From Chromera velia (Eukaryota), in assembly GCA_018398765.1 (NCBI GenBank), contig JAHBMJ010000001.1:62001-126000 (forward strand): DNA of 64,000 bases, read 5' to 3'. Shown here piece after piece: positions 35,433 to 51,638 of the stretch; position 1 is the stretch's first letter; every line of letters begins with the position of its first letter. Under the pieces are notes generated by a model that saw only the letters and a list, made by a program, of their open reading frames with translations, made no database searches and was not told where the DNA came from. The position numbers and the translations under genes are program-made.

Positions 35433-37372
35433 TTCCTTTCAAAGACCTTGCGCATCAACGACTCCTGCGATGCCCTGCCTCGGGAGGGGGGCTGGGGCGG
35501 AGTAGCTTGCGTCGCAGCATTTATATTTAGGCATGCATGTTGTTCACGATTTCAAACAACAGATTTTTTGCCATCGAAAATTTTGAGATGGTGGGTTCAT
35601 CTTTCGCAGAAGTCTCAGGAGCAGCTTTGAAGTCAGCACAGAAGGCTCACAGGTCGACGCAGCACGAGACCGTGTCTCCCTTATAAAGACCCATGCATAC
35701 ACATGCAAGAATTAAGCCATCATTGCTCCAATTAATTTGTGGGCCGGCGGAAATTGATTAATTTGCTGCGAAAAAAAAATAAAAAGCACCGTGGTGCATG
35801 TGGCTTCGCGCGTTTTGCGCCGTGCAATGAGAAGCATGCATGCAGGCTCCATGAATAATTGCGCAACTGAACAACTGCAACAGATATTACGAGACTGTTG
35901 TTCAGTCAAAAAAGGTTGGAAAGGGCAATAAATGGGAGAGACGTACAGCCTCTCCCCAATCGCGTTCAAATGGACATTATGGGAGACGTCTATTCGTAGA
36001 CAGATCCCGCAAGTGACGCTACACCTCCCCATAGTACCATTTTGGTCCAATTTCTGGAGACATGACACTCTATGTCATCATCACAAAGTAATTTAATCAA
36101 TAAGCTTTAGAAACATCCAAAACATATCAATTTTATTCTATATGCCAAATCAAAGATTCTAAAAGATTCAATAAATTTGTTAATGATAGTTAATGACTGG
36201 CATTCGATCAAAGTTATCAAATATTTTTTTTTTAATGAATAATCATAATGATTGTATATGCAATAATAATAAACCCATTGCAAATAGAGTTTATCGTTCA
36301 AACTAACAGCTAGTACTTAAAGAAGTGGGTCCTAGGCTAGGCTTAGGGCTAGGCTGGCCTGGCTAGCGCTATTGCTAGCGCTATTAAAAAAACCTTGTGA
36401 AAAAAAAATCATCATCATGAATTCTGCTCGAATGAGACCTTATGGATTTACTAGATCTTGACAAATAAATGAAGATCAGGACATGATTTGGTGAATGGAG
36501 ATCAATAACGCTCACGGGCCAAGCTCCATCAAAAGCGCGTTTTGCTAAACAGACATATGTTTTTTTTGTAATTTTTTTGTACGTCTTTGAATTTTAAGCT
36601 AAATTTTAAGTTTGTAACAACAATTAAGTACAAAGCTAGATCTAGAATTTCACAAAGAGCTTTGATAAAAAGGGACGTCAAGTCCTAGGTAAAGGCAACC
36701 CTTTTTCTCGCGCTTCCTTTCTCTTTTCTTCCTTGCCTCCTTCCTCCTTTCTTTCTTTCCTCATTTCCTCTCTTAATTGACTCCCTCCGTTTCTTCCCTT
36801 TTCTTTTCTTTTCTTTTCTTTTCCCCTTCCGATTCCCTTCCGTCATTCATTCATGCATTCATTCTTGTATTCCTTCTTTCTTCCTTTCTCCCTTCTCTTC
36901 CCCCCCTCCTTCCCCTCTAACAGCTTCTCTCTCCGCGCCAGGCCCTCTGCCCGTTTCTCCCCCCCCATGCCCTTCACCCCTTAATTCTGCATGCCTCTCC
37001 TCGGATTTCCCCTCACGGCCTGCCTTCCTTCATTCCGACCACACAAGAAGACTGTAAGGAAGGCAAGCAGGCACGCAGACAGGCACGCAACTTTCTTTCT
37101 TTTTTTTTTTGCATGACTTCGGTGCCATCAATCAATGGCAGCGTCCTTTCTACGGCATTAATTTCTGACTACCACTACATGCCCCCCCCCCCCTCCGCCT
37201 TATGCACTGCTGCGGAGGGACTAGGCGTTTGTTGGCTTCTCTTGTGCAAGCAAGCAGGCAGGCAGGAAGGGCGCATCAGAACTTTCCTCCCTCTATTTGA
37301 CTGAAACAACGAAAGAGTATGCGTATTCAGAGTGTCGAAAACACCGGAATGTCCGCACACAAATATTCTCTT

Positions 37373-37416
<44 letters not shown>

Positions 37417-37495
37417 TATCGCTCTTTCTCTCTCTCTCTCTTTTTTTTTTTTTTTTTCGCTCTCTCTCTCACACACACACACACACCGTCCTCAC

Positions 37496-39677
<2,182 letters not shown>

Positions 39678-40716
39678 GAGAAGAAGTGCATGCAACTACA
39701 AATTACCGATCTGATCTGGGGAGGAGACAGCTGCTCACTCCCGTCTCCACCTTTGATGAGGATGGCACACAACACTTGTCTCGATTTCAAGACTGTGCTT
39801 CACAGCGCGATGGTCCAAAGGCGTCACGCAGGATTCTGCGCGTCTAAATCGAGTTCTGACACTAGCTCGGCCCGAGGGTCATTGTTCAACCACTGAGTGT
39901 GTCGATCAGATCTTTGCCGTCGGTCCATCGCGGAGCCGTCTACGTGCGCACGCGTAAATCGTGAATCGACGGGGTTGTCAGAATTTTGTCAGACTGAACT
40001 CTCCGTCTACACACATCTACACACACACTTGCTCCAGCTAACTTCTTGCACTACTGTTGGGACTCTGACCCGTGGACCCGTCGAATAAGGTCGCGCATGT
40101 TTCTGACAACTCATGAATTGGCAAGTACTGACGTGTGTCAGTTGGATGAGTGAGTGAGGGAGGGAGACGGGAATTGATTCTCGGACCGCCCCGCTTCTGT
40201 CCTGCAGACCAAGCGGGTACGTACATGCGGACACCTGCAGACGTGTAGCTGAAAACCTGAGCTGATCATGATAACTGTACGTCGTGGTGGGGGTACAGGC
40301 GTCTACATGACGAGGCTTCGGAGCTTCTCACGCATCGCTGGGCAAAGGGGGGCTTCGAGGGGGGTCTTGAATCTGTTCACAGAAGGTTGGTGTCTCTCCG
40401 AAGTTCCTCTTTATCTGTCTCCGTCATTATCCCCATTCTCTCTCTCTTTGCTTCTTTGCTCTCCTTCTCAGTGCTGTGTAGCGAAAGAGAGGATGTGTGA
40501 TCCCCTGGCGCACTCTCATATGGAAAAATAACGTCACCCTTTCCAGAGGGACACACGCAAACTCTCGTGCACTTCGTGAGAATCTAGTGGGTGGATCGAG
40601 AAACGGAAAAATACAGAGAAATGCAATTGATCGGCTCGCCTCATCTGACGCGTTGTTCCGCTGATCACCCGGGTAGAATAAAGAGGGCCCCTTTTCTCTC
40701 TCTGTGAAATTGCCTC

Positions 40717-42732
40717 ATGAGCCTTCCTGTCTCTGTCTCCGTCTCTCTCTGTCCCTCCTCACGCCCCCTTCTCTCTGTGTGGGCGGTTCGGTGCATATCT
40801 AGCAGGGATGGTGGCCATTCGTCTCCCGTTGTTTCGTCTCTCCTTCAAAAAGAGGATCGAGGAAACAAGCCGACCTTCACTCTAAACGGAAAGGTGCAAC
40901 AAGGAGAAGGTTTGGATTGTGTAGATAGGCGGGAGTCGAATATAAAGCGTTGAAAGAACGAGTGTATAAGTGCGTGTATGTATGTTTGTATGGATGGATG
41001 CGTTCAGCGTGTTCGCCAAAAGACGGGAGCGCCATAGGAGGAGAAAGCGTTCTCACGAAATTCTCAAACCGACTGGGGTCAACGGAAAGGGTCAGAGGAA
41101 GGAGAGGGTCTTTCAGAAGTTCCCTCGCCTCTCCCCCTTCCCCTTCTTTTCCTTCCAGTTGCCGGACGACTTTTTCTTCTTCTCTTGGGGCAGGGGGGAA
41201 AGCTCCAACGGCACCCGTTGGTGGGATGAGGTGAGTGTTCTTTCTCTTTTTTTGCTCTTTTGGTCTGATTTCTAATCAGCTTCAGTTCTTAATTCTGCGT
41301 TATCGCGTCCGTGCATTCGGTAAGTTCGCAATCTTTCCATCTTCTTCATCCAATACTGTCCGGAGATAAGTGTGAACAAGAGAGGGAGGAAAGATGTATC
41401 CCCGCATGTCCATTGCATGCGTTGGCTTTGATTCGAATGTCTGGCGGCACGCGTAATCGTCATGCCCCCTCTTACCATTCGAGTGCTTGGTTCCTTGCAC
41501 GTCTATTGCAAGGTCCTTATCTGTTCAAGCCCCTTTGCAATTGTCTTTACGATAACTGACTCTTCCCTCTACGTCTTTCTCCCTTCGTTCCTCCCGCCCT
41601 CTTTCCTTCCTTCCTTCCTTCCTGTGTTTGCCTACCAGTCTCGTGAGCCCTCCTGGTCGTCTTCTTCCGTCTCCCCCCTTTTCCCTTTCCCTCGGAGGCG
41701 GTGGAGTGGGGCCTCTCGGGAGGGATGCCGTCTCTGCCTCTGCCTCTGCGTGCGTCGGGAGAGGATCCGTGAGGGCCTACAATCCCTTCTATGCCATCAA
41801 TTGGGTCGGTTGGTCTCCTTTTTTTTTTTTCTTTAAGGATGAAAGTTTTGTTCCATTGGGTGGCCGTGTCGACAAGTCCAAAGCCTGGGAGAGTTTCAAT
41901 GTGGCGTTATGGATTATACCGAGGGGTGTTTGGGTTGAGCATCGCTTGTCTTGATGAAGTACACATGGTGTAAGTATGAAGATGAAAAAGATGCTGTTGG
42001 CCTTTCGGCGCATCTTTCTCAAGGGGAGAATGTTTTCTCTCTGTCTTACTCTTCTCATCTACACGCAAGCGGTCTTAGTCTTTGTTGTGCACATCTTATG
42101 CGAACGTCCTTCCCTGCCTTGTTTCTTCAAGAAGTAAAATCTGCTTCGAGAATTTCGGTCTGTGGGTCTGTCTGTCTGTCTTCTCTCCATCGGCACTTCC
42201 TGTCCTTTGCCCTTCCCATTTGACCCGCAAAAAAAGTGCGTGCGTGCGTGCGTCATGCATGCATACAGGTGACAAATAAGTTTAAGTGGAGGGTCAGATA
42301 CTTCCGAGACAAGGCGTCGAGATTCAGGAACAACTCCAGGATGCTCGTCCGCTTCAGGTTCACCAGGTAGGCAGGGAGGCAGGTAGATTGGTGGGTAGGT
42401 TGTCTGTCTGCCTGTCTGTTTAGTTTTTTCGTTCCTCCTGCCGGTTCGTTTTTTCTATCCACTCGAGGGCCTTTCTTGAGCAGAGAAGGCAAGCAAGCCG
42501 AGCCCTGGGGTGAATCCCCTACTCCTTCCTGTCATGCGCGGACAGGATACACTTTGTGAGATTACAACCCTCCTCTTCTAGAAAGTAGCTGAGTTTCTCC
42601 CTCCCCTTGCCTCGCTTACAGATACAGAAACAGACTACAAAAGAACAGGGGAGGGCGGTGGCGAGAAGAGCCCTTGGAGCTCTCGTATAAGAGTCTGGCC
42701 ACACGCACACACACACCCAAACACTCCCTCTG

Positions 42733-42765
<33 letters not shown>

Positions 42766-43809
42766 TTGTCAGCCTTTCACTTTCTCTCGGTTGTGTGCGT
42801 CCATGCAGGTGGGGCATTCAGAGGCTGAGACGATTTCATGACTCCAGGAAGCTGCGTGGAGTGGTCAGTCAGTCAGGCAGGCAGTCAGGCAGACAGGCAG
42901 ACAGGCAGGCAGACAGGCAGGCAGACAGGCAGTCAGGCAGGCAGGCAGGCAGTCAGGCAGTCAGGCAGGCAAACAGGCACTCACTCACAGACTCAATGAA
43001 AGCTGTCGCCCACCTCTCCTTTCCTCCTCTTTCCTCCTCTCTGTCTCCCACACTTCAATCTTCCTTTCATCTTGAATTCCTCCTTCGATTTTTTTGTTTC
43101 TCTCTCTCGTTAATACGAAGGAAGGAAGGAAGACTGTCTCCAAGCCCCCATGCACTCTTATCTCTCCTCTCCTCTGGCTTTTTCTGTACCTCCCTGGCAG
43201 AGCGGGAGGGCAAAGAAGCGCAACCTCGCGAAACCAAAATACCTTCATGTGGTCAGTCTTTTGATTCTTTTTTCGTTTCTTCCCGCTCATCTCCATTCCT
43301 TTCGATCCCACCAAGTTCTTTTCTTCGTGTGTTCTTTAAAGAATATCCTATGAAATACATTCTGTATGAAAATAAATGCATTCCCCGCTCATCTCCCTTC
43401 GATCCTCCCTTGTAAGTTCTTTTCTTCGATTTCCCAACCCGTCAGCTGGGATACTGGTCTGTCTTTCGATTATCTTTTCCTTTTCCTGTCCAACATAATG
43501 TCCATAAACTCCCTGTTTTCTTCTTTCGTTTCCGCTCTTCTCCTTTTTTTGTTTCAACGACAACAACAGAAAGTCGATCGGGGGAAAAAAAGAAACAAGG
43601 AAGGGAGATTCAAAGGGAATTGTTTGGTAAACATTGAAACCCTCACTGACTCAAATGAAGAGGAGAAGCACTCTTCAAGGAAGTGAAAGGAAATGGCGAA
43701 CGTAAGAAGGAAAGACAGAGAGGAAAGAAAGGAAAAGAAATGACACCAAATTGACTCTCCTCTGATCATTGACGGTGTCTATCCATCCTTCCGTCTGTCT
43801 GTCTGTCTC

Positions 43810-43840
<31 letters not shown>

Positions 43841-44794
43841 GGGTGTCTGTCTGTCTGTCTGTCTGGGTGTCTGTCTGTCTGTCTGTCTGTCTGGGTGTCT
43901 GTCTGTCTGTCTGTCTCTCTGCCCTGATCTGTCCCTGCTTGCAGGTTGACTACCCAATTGTGAAGCATCACATTCGGAGATACAGGTGGGTTGGTTGGTT
44001 GGTTGGTTGATGGGTTGGTTGGTTGGTTGGTTGGTTGGTTTCGGTGAGGAAGGAAAGAAGACATGATGCCGCGGGAGTGCATCACTCATGCAAGTCATTG
44101 ATGTCTTCGTGGATAGAAAAAGGGAAGGGAAGAGAAGGAAGATGGGGTCTCCTGAGAGTCCAATAAGGAAAATCAGGGTGAGAAGTTGGAGGGGAGGGAA
44201 GGAGAGATGTGTGCAGAGAAGGATGGAAGGAAATGTATTTGTGACAGCCTGAGTGACTGGAAGACGGTGGGCGTCTTGCCTCTCACTTTTTTTTCTTTTT
44301 TTTGTCTTCCCCTCTTTCTCTTTCGTTTTCAGTCTGTTTGTTGTTCTTGTTTGTCTGTATTTTTCTTTGTGTTTCATTTTGGTTTTCGCCTCCGCGTTCC
44401 CTGCGAGTGGAGGGACGGGGGGAGGGAGAGGAAAGAGATTTGTCTACACAAGAGATTCAGGGAGAGAGAGATCTTGAATAAGTGCATGTCAATGTGAATG
44501 TGCATATGGACTGCCAGGAGCTTGGCTCTTCCAATCATTCATTCATTCATTCATTCATTCATGCATGTATTGTCAAGCGCCTCAGACGTTTTTGCAATTG
44601 ATATTGGTCTCTCTGCTGAAATCTTTTTGACTGATTGACTGACGACCTAATGACTGACTGACTGGGTGACTGCTGGACTCCTCCATGCACACATGCGCAC
44701 ATGCAGATTTCGTCTTCGAGGCCCTCCCAGGGTGATGAACCCGAATTTTCGGGTTCCTGGAATGAGAGACGTGATCGGTTCGCACTTTGGGTAG
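40717..44794 (+). CDS. Mitochondrial ribosomal protein L35 (bL35m)-like; 5' exons uncertain
   Basis: Supported exons 41639-41804, 42269-42366, 42809-42863, 43945-43985 and 44707-44794 give ...VRAYNPFYAINWVTNKFKWRVRYFRDKASRFRNNSRMLVRFRFTRWGIQRLRRFH...RYRFRLRGPPRVMNPNF...SHFG*. The product is very basic with an L35-like RFRxT-G-R core. An upstream exon ends at 41230 (AG|GTGAGT); start is at 40717, 40998 or 41226. Confidence 0.7.
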
Positions 44795-45299
44795 CATCGA
44801 TCGATGCATGCATGCACATCCCATCCATGATCCCGGATGCATCTGCAGAGAAGCGATCGAGTGTCAATCTACTGTGGTGTCCACGGAGAGCACATACAAA
44901 AAAAATAATATCAGTGGATGTCGGGATACTTTCGATTGAATGACAGTTTCATTTATTTTGAATGCTCGTAGGGTCCAATGCTGCTCAGACTCGATCCATT
45001 GTTTCGCTTTCTGCATGCATGAGTCTAGGCATAAGTCCTAGCATAAGTCTCTCCTAACAAGCGAATCTAGTGGCAAACATATATGCATATATAATTAGTA
45101 TTAGAACTAGTATTAGAAGTTTTGATTCTGTTATAATTTTGAAAAGATATATAAGATCGGAACCTTCTAGCAGAGACTTGCAGAGTAAAAGATTTGTGTT
45201 CAGCAAAAAGAACAAAGGACTAGAGAAAGGATGTTAATTAAAAAGTTATTTAAAATATCGATTGCTAGATCGATTCACACTATGCAATTGTATAACGTG

Positions 45300-45468
45300 G
45301 CATCTTAGAAAATAATAACTTTTCCCTGCAGCTGCCTAACGTTAAACTTGTCACTTGAAAGTATCCAGCTAGCTCTGGATATATCTGGATGTCGATGATC
45401 GATGATCGGCGTGTCATTGATCGCGCATCATATTCATAGTCACTATGCACTTATTATCAATCAATCAA
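45300..45468 (+). mobile_element. Second copy of the dispersed repeat at 30996-31113, ending in (ATCA)n
   Basis: Shared blocks TAGAAAATA..AACTTTTC, CTGCCTAACGTTA, AAGTATCCAGCTA.CTCTGGATAT and CATAGTCA. Confidence 0.55.
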
Positions 45469-45549
45469 ATATTGAAATTTTATAAGGTTTTTTTTATAAA
45501 AAATGGAACCTAGTTTGGAACATAGTACGAGGGAATATGCTATCAAAAT

Positions 45550-45580
45550 AAGAAGAAGAGGAGGAAGAAGAAGCAGAAGA

Positions 45581-45619
<39 letters not shown>

Positions 45620-45707
45620 AGAAGAAGAATTAACAAGAAGAAGAAGAAGAAGAAGAAGAAAAAGAAGAAGAAGAAGAAGAAGAAGAAGAATTGACAAGAA
45701 GAAGAAA
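45550..45707 (+). repeat. (GAA)n trinucleotide tract
   Basis: Read directly; lies just downstream of the RCC1 gene. Confidence 0.95.
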
Positions 45708-45980
45708 ACAATAAGCAGAAGAGCGGTAAATAAGATGAGATTTCCTCTTTCCATCAAACAGTTTCTCAAAGAGTTTTCGATCAACCAATTTTGCAGCTGA
45801 GTCTTCCGGCTGTTCATTGCCCCATTATTTGTTTTCACCGCCCCCTTCTTGCCCTTCGCTCTCTCCTCCCCCCCATTCCCCCCCTTGGTCGTTCTCAGTC
45901 GTGCTGAGGCTATGGAGCACACAGTCATTCATGCATGCATTCGAGGTCCCTCTGCAGCATGGATCCACCTGGCTGGCTGC

Positions 45981-48900
45981 CTAGTTCATTCGAGAGGAAC
46001 GTCTGTCAACGGAGCGACCGAAAGGCCCCCTCACAGCTGCCCCCTTGGAGCTCGACGCAGCCCCCCCTGCTGCATGGCGTGAGGGGGACGCGGGCGTGCT
46101 CTCCACCCCCGTCTCTGCACCGTCCCCCGCCCCCCCCGTTGCCTTTCCGTCCCTCTCCTCCCTTTCCCACCTGGGTGCACTCGGCAGCGTCCAGGGTTTC
46201 ACTGGAGCTACGTTGCCCAGATCCGTTCTTGCGGCTTCGGAAAAGAACAAATCCATGTCCTCGTCCACTCGGCAGAACTGCTGGAAAGTCACAGCGTTCA
46301 ACTGCTGTCTCAGGGCTGATGCGTACTCGACGACCGAAAGGAGTACCTCGGCCTCCCGCAAATCCACCCTCGCGACCTCGTCCTTGAAGTCTGCCACACA
46401 CATCTGGATTCCCCTCTCGGAGGTGAAGAACGCGTCCCGGATCCCCGTGAAGTTCCCGACCGCAGCGAGGTCCTCGAGGGACGTTCGTTGGAGACGGGAG
46501 ATGCAGTCGTGGGCAAAACTGCACAAAGAGCAGGGACACACACACACCCACACACCCACACATACACATACACATGCACGCACGCACGCACACACGCATG
46601 CGCGCACACAGAGAGAGAAGGAGAGAAAATCGGCTGAACACCAAAAAGAGGCATGGCAGCCAAAAAAAGATATTTCTGCAGACAGACAGCTACCAAGAGT
46701 CGTCATCCCATTTCCAGATTGATCAGAAAGGCCTCCCCGCCCTTAGGCATGCAGGCTACCTGATGATTGTGGCAGGCTACCTGATGATTCGGGAAATCTG
46801 TGCAGCCGCGTGGCTGCCTGCGTTGAGTCTCTGCTCCTCGAACTCAGCGAACATCAACAGCCATTTTCGGGCCTCTTCCTTCTCTCCCTCCAGCCTCTCC
46901 ACCTCCTGAGCGACTGCAATTCTGTTCTTGTTCAACTCGTCGCGCTGCTCTCATTCACCCATCCATCCATTCATGCATTCATTCACTCATTCATTCATTC
47001 ATTCATTCATTCATTCCTTCATTCATTCATTCCAACAGAAGATGGAGGGATGAATGGGTGAAAGAAAGGATTAATGACCGAGTGACCGATCTGTTGACCG
47101 AGTGCATTATTGATTCATTGATTGATTGATTGATTGATTGACTGTCTGTCAAAAGAAGACTCACAGACATGCTCACTTAGACGAAAGCGATTGATTTACA
47201 ATAGTGTCTCTATGCTGGAGATTGTCTTCATCGATTTCGACGGACAGACTGTCAAACTGACAGACCGACTACCTGACTGAGTGAATAACCGAGAGTCAAA
47301 AGACTGACTGACAGACCGACGCACCCACCTGAAGATTAGTTTCCTCCATTGAGTTTCGAAGTGCGTCTGCGAATGTTTGGAAATCTGCAATTTGGGTCTC
47401 CAGCTTTCTCTGTTCCTTCTGGGTGTCGGGGTCCACAGAGCGGAGCTCTCCCAGTTTCCGCACCACCTTGTCGTTCTTCAAGTCGTCTGTGGCCTTTCTC
47501 TCGTCCAAGACCTGGAAGGGGGGGGCCCACACACGTACACAGATACATATGCATACATACATATATACTTACATATACATACATGTATAGATAAATACAT
47601 ACCTACACAGAGAGAGACTACGTACAGCCTTTCGCTCGTCCAAGACCTGGAAGGGGGGGGCACACCCGGCGGAGGCATCGAGGGAGGGACGTATTGGATC
47701 AGATTTGAAAGGCATGATGTCACGACTCTTGAAACTTGAGTGGTGGGACTGAAAAGAAAAGAATGCGATTCTTCAAGATGCTTCGGACAGACAGAAAAGA
47801 AGGGAGCCCAGCAATCATGTGAGAAAGAGAGACAGACAGACAGATGGACCGCATGACTTCTTTTTTTCTCTTTCGTTTCTTTCTTCTTTCACGCCGACGG
47901 ACAGACTGGACGGACCGACCGACCTGTAACTCGTGCAGAATTTCCTCCTGTCTGGCTCAGTTCATAAATACGTACATTTATAGATACATACATGCATACA
48001 TACATAAAGAGAGAGAGACCGACCTGTAACTCGTGCAGAATTTCTTCCTGTCTGGCTCTGTTGGCAGCAATGAGTTCGTTCTTGGTTTCAATGTCGTTCT
48101 TCAATTTGCTCGTCACGTCCTCGTATTTTCTTCTTCTCCACTCTGCCCTGGACCTCTGTCGCAATTTCCTCTCATGGACCGTCAGGTGTTCATCGAAGGT
48201 GTCCTTCAACTCGTCCCTCTCGTCCTTCTCTGGAACACCCCCCACACCCACACCGACACCGGGAGGGGAACCAACCGAAGATGCCCCCCCCTTCGTCTGC
48301 TGTTGGTGTTGGCCTTTGTGCATCTGAGTGTAGGATCGCGCGAGTGCTGCCGAGCCTGCCTGTTTCTGGAGATCTGCAACCTTCTTTCTCATCTCCGAGT
48401 TCTCTTGGAGCAGTTTGTTCCGCTCGTCCTCCAAAGCTCTGATCAAATGCTGCATCATGCGTGAATGTACATGGGCAGGAACACAGAGAGAGATGGTATT
48501 GGTGATGAGGAGACCTTATCTATGCATGAACATCTGTCTGTCTGTCTGTCTGTCTGTCTCTGTATGACTGTGCGGGGTTGCTCCAACGGTGTGTAAAAGA
48601 TGGACATGCATGGAGGAAGAAAGAAAGAGAGGGACGAACGGAGTTAGAACGAAAAACCGGGCATCAATTACATGAAGGAAAAGGCGGACAGACATGATGG
48701 CCAGGGGGGACCTTCCCACTTTTCTCCATTTGGCACTGAGCCCTTCTAACCGACCTGGCTCTCCTCCGCCTTTTTGGCTTCTGAGTTTCCTTTCTGTGCG
48801 CTCTGAGTGATCAGTTCTTCCCGGGGCATCAACTGCTCCCCCGGCCACCATGCGTACGCGTTCTCCGAAATGGAGACGTGCCGGGGTCTGAGGCGTCCCA

Positions 48901-49508
48901 GGAGGTCTTCAGAGGAAATGGCCATTTCTTTGTGGGGTAGGGGAATTTCAGGGTTCTCGTGAGTGGCCACTTTCAAGGGAAATCGAGCACTGGGGGCGCC
49001 CCGCTGCAAGGCCAAGGTACCCCAGACGTAAATACTCCCGTGGGTTGAGAGACACGCGGAAGAGTGAGGACCGCAGGCAACGTATGCGACGTTCACATCC
49101 TCTTTCTTGTCTCCCTTTGTGATTTCTTTGTGTGGGAACTCAATCTGAATCGGCTCTTCCACGTCTTTATAGTCCTTTCCCCCCACCTGCCCCGACTTAT
49201 TCCGACCCCAACTAAACGCCGTGCCATCGTATGCCGCAACCAGGCAATGATTCCTTCCTGCAGACACCTGTCTGATCAGGTGAGAGAAGAGCTTGTCGAC
49301 AGGAAGAGCTTGGTTCTCATTGCGAGAGGCCATACGACCCAGCTGACCGTACCTGCATTTCGTTTGTACATTTACTCAATCAGTCGTCCTCTCATACACT
49401 CACCGATGAACTTGTGCATGCATCAATTCGTTTTTTCATGAGTTTCTTCCTTCCTTCCTTCTTCTGTCATTGATCCATTCACTCACTCACTCACTCACTC
49501 ACTCATTC

Positions 49509-49540
<32 letters not shown>

Positions 49541-49938
49541 CTTTCTTTATTTAATGCGCCATTGAGTCAGCTGTACACATGCATGTACACTGGTCCCCCC
49601 CCACTGGTCCGATGAACAGAACAAACAGCATTCTCCTTCGTTTGGACGTATACATGGAAAGATCGATCGTCCTGCATGTATCCCAATTGATCCTCGAGGA
49701 GCCCACTGACAACCCATTCCTTCCTTCATGCATGCAGCTCTGAGATTCCAGACGGACGGACAAACCTATTTCTTCCCCACGTGTAGACGACGCCCTCGTC
49801 AGTGAGCAGAATTCCGTGCTCGTCCCCTATCGCGACCTCAAGCACCAACTGCCCCCCCTCGGCAAGGCTTCCTTTCCCATTGACAGAGTAGAAAGGTGTC
49901 ACGGTCCTAAGAAACTTTTTGGAGTCCGGAGCCGCCAT
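45981..49938 (-). CDS. RCC1-repeat protein with a long coiled-coil C-terminal half, 6 exons
   Basis: Exons 49938-49766, 49352-48755, 48449-48024, 47511-47329, 46944-46781 and 46518-45981 join in frame. RCC1 blades: VAIGDEHGILLTDEGVVYTWGRNRYGQLG, VSAGRNHCLV-GTAFSWGRNKSGQVG, VACGPHSSACLS-GSIYVWG. E/K/L-rich heptads follow. Confidence 0.92.
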
Positions 49939-50389
49939 GTCGAATCGTGGAAGTGAGGCAGTGGAATGTAATTACCAGAGAGCTCTCTTGCAGAGTCTAC
50001 AGGCTTCTCACTCTCTCTCTTCGATCAATCAAATGCTCTCAGACAGAAGTCTGCAGTTTTACTGATGATGAGAGTATCTTGGGACTTTTTTGATGCAAAT
50101 GAGCTCTCAGAGGTGTGGATCCTTTGGAGAATGTATTGTGATGTCGATCAGGAGACTGATTGGTGTTCAATCACCGATGTGCAAAAGCAACACCTCTTTC
50201 CAACAAGTTCATGCAGACGGAAGACAGGAGGAGCGTTCAGGGTCCAGTCGACCGAAGCATACACTGGAAGGAAAGCTGGAAGGGGGTCAAAGAGTGAGCT
50301 CGTGAGGAGGCAATGAAGTTTGTCTTGTGTGATGGATGAGTCTCAATTGTATGGATCGAAGCATTCTTTTATAGTTCGAATTAAATTGC

Positions 50390-50570
50390 ATGCTCAATTG
50401 ATCCGGCCGGCCATGCATGCAATGATGCATGCATGCAGGCATTTTTTCTCCAAAAAACAAATTAACGCTTGCAAAAGCTGCGCGCTCTGCGCGCTCTCAA
50501 ATTGCGCGCGCGTGCGCGGTGTCATTTCTTTTTGCGCACTCGGAGTCAGCCGTCTGCGCGCCACTGCATG
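50390..50570. promoter_or_regulatory. Candidate bidirectional promoter between RCC1 and CET1
   Basis: Clustered TGCATGC(A) and GCGCGC/TTTTGCGC motifs between divergent starts. A similar cluster lies at 35740-35870, upstream of the RING gene. Confidence 0.4.
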
Positions 50571-51128
50571 GCTTGTCTTATATATTAATATATGACATGC
50601 AGCCTGGAACTCACAAAACAATGGGACCGAATCACATTCGAATTCTATATATTCGATTCAATCACCGAGAAACGGTCACCATGAGTGCGACCACATGCAA
50701 ATTGCCGACCGAGGCAGTAATCGCCCGTGTCTATGCCGGCCTGAAAGATCCCCGCAAGCCAAAAGCTGTTTGTGCTTCTGGCCTCTTGGGCCGTCTCCTT
50801 TTGGTTCTGCCCCCCCTCAGTCGGCTCTTTTGTCGATTCGACCCTTCAAGACTCTTGAAGAGAAGAACGGGCTGAGAGCGCCTATTGCGGAGGAGACCTT
50901 GTGGGCACTTTACTGGGGCTGGAGAGATAGAAACAGAACAGAGAAGAGAGACGTGACGAAAGGAGATGACGTCACAAGAATCAGGAAAGGCTCACGCAGA
51001 GCTTTTGGAAAGCGGTAAGCACCTCTCAGACCCCTCCCTGATCAAGCGTCTCTTGCTGTTTGTATGAGTACATCTTTCTCCTTGTTCTTGCTACTCATTT
51101 AAAGACAGGGGGCCCTGTTCACTTCAAG

Positions 51129-51592
51129 ATGGATCCAGAGTTTTTGATATTCATTATGCCCGGAATGTACTCTCGATCCCCTTTCAGTGCCTACCCCCTC
51201 GATCTGCCTGCAGAAACGGACACGGTGGTCCTCAACCTTGCTGAACAGATCTGCAATGCTCTCTCTCAAGTCATCTTCAAAGATGGCTCTGCTGCCACTC
51301 TCGAGGTGGGTGCAATGCGCATGCGTCCGTCCATCCATCCAGGCTTGCGTGTGTTTCTTTCTTTCTGGTCTTGGTCACAGATCGTCTTCATACATTGAGG
51401 AGAGGTTGGCGGGTCCAACAGGATTTTGGGTTTTCGTTTCAATTGGCCGACTGCGATTCTTGACGCCGCATAAGGGCCAAGCCAATCATGTGCAGGTCTA
51501 CTTCCGCGTGCGCGGTTTTTTGGTCTCTGTCCATCTCTCCATCCCCATCTCTCTGACCCACCCTCCCTCTCTCTGTATATACACGTATATAG

Positions 51593-51638
<46 letters not shown>

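Noticed and set aside
45503..45694. Poly-Arg/Lys protamine-like ORF
   Set aside because: It is simply the (GAA)n tract.
50429..51018. ORFs upstream of CET1 as separate genes or coding exons
   Set aside because: No recognisable motifs, and splicing 51014 to 51109 in that frame hits a stop. More likely promoter and 5' UTR.
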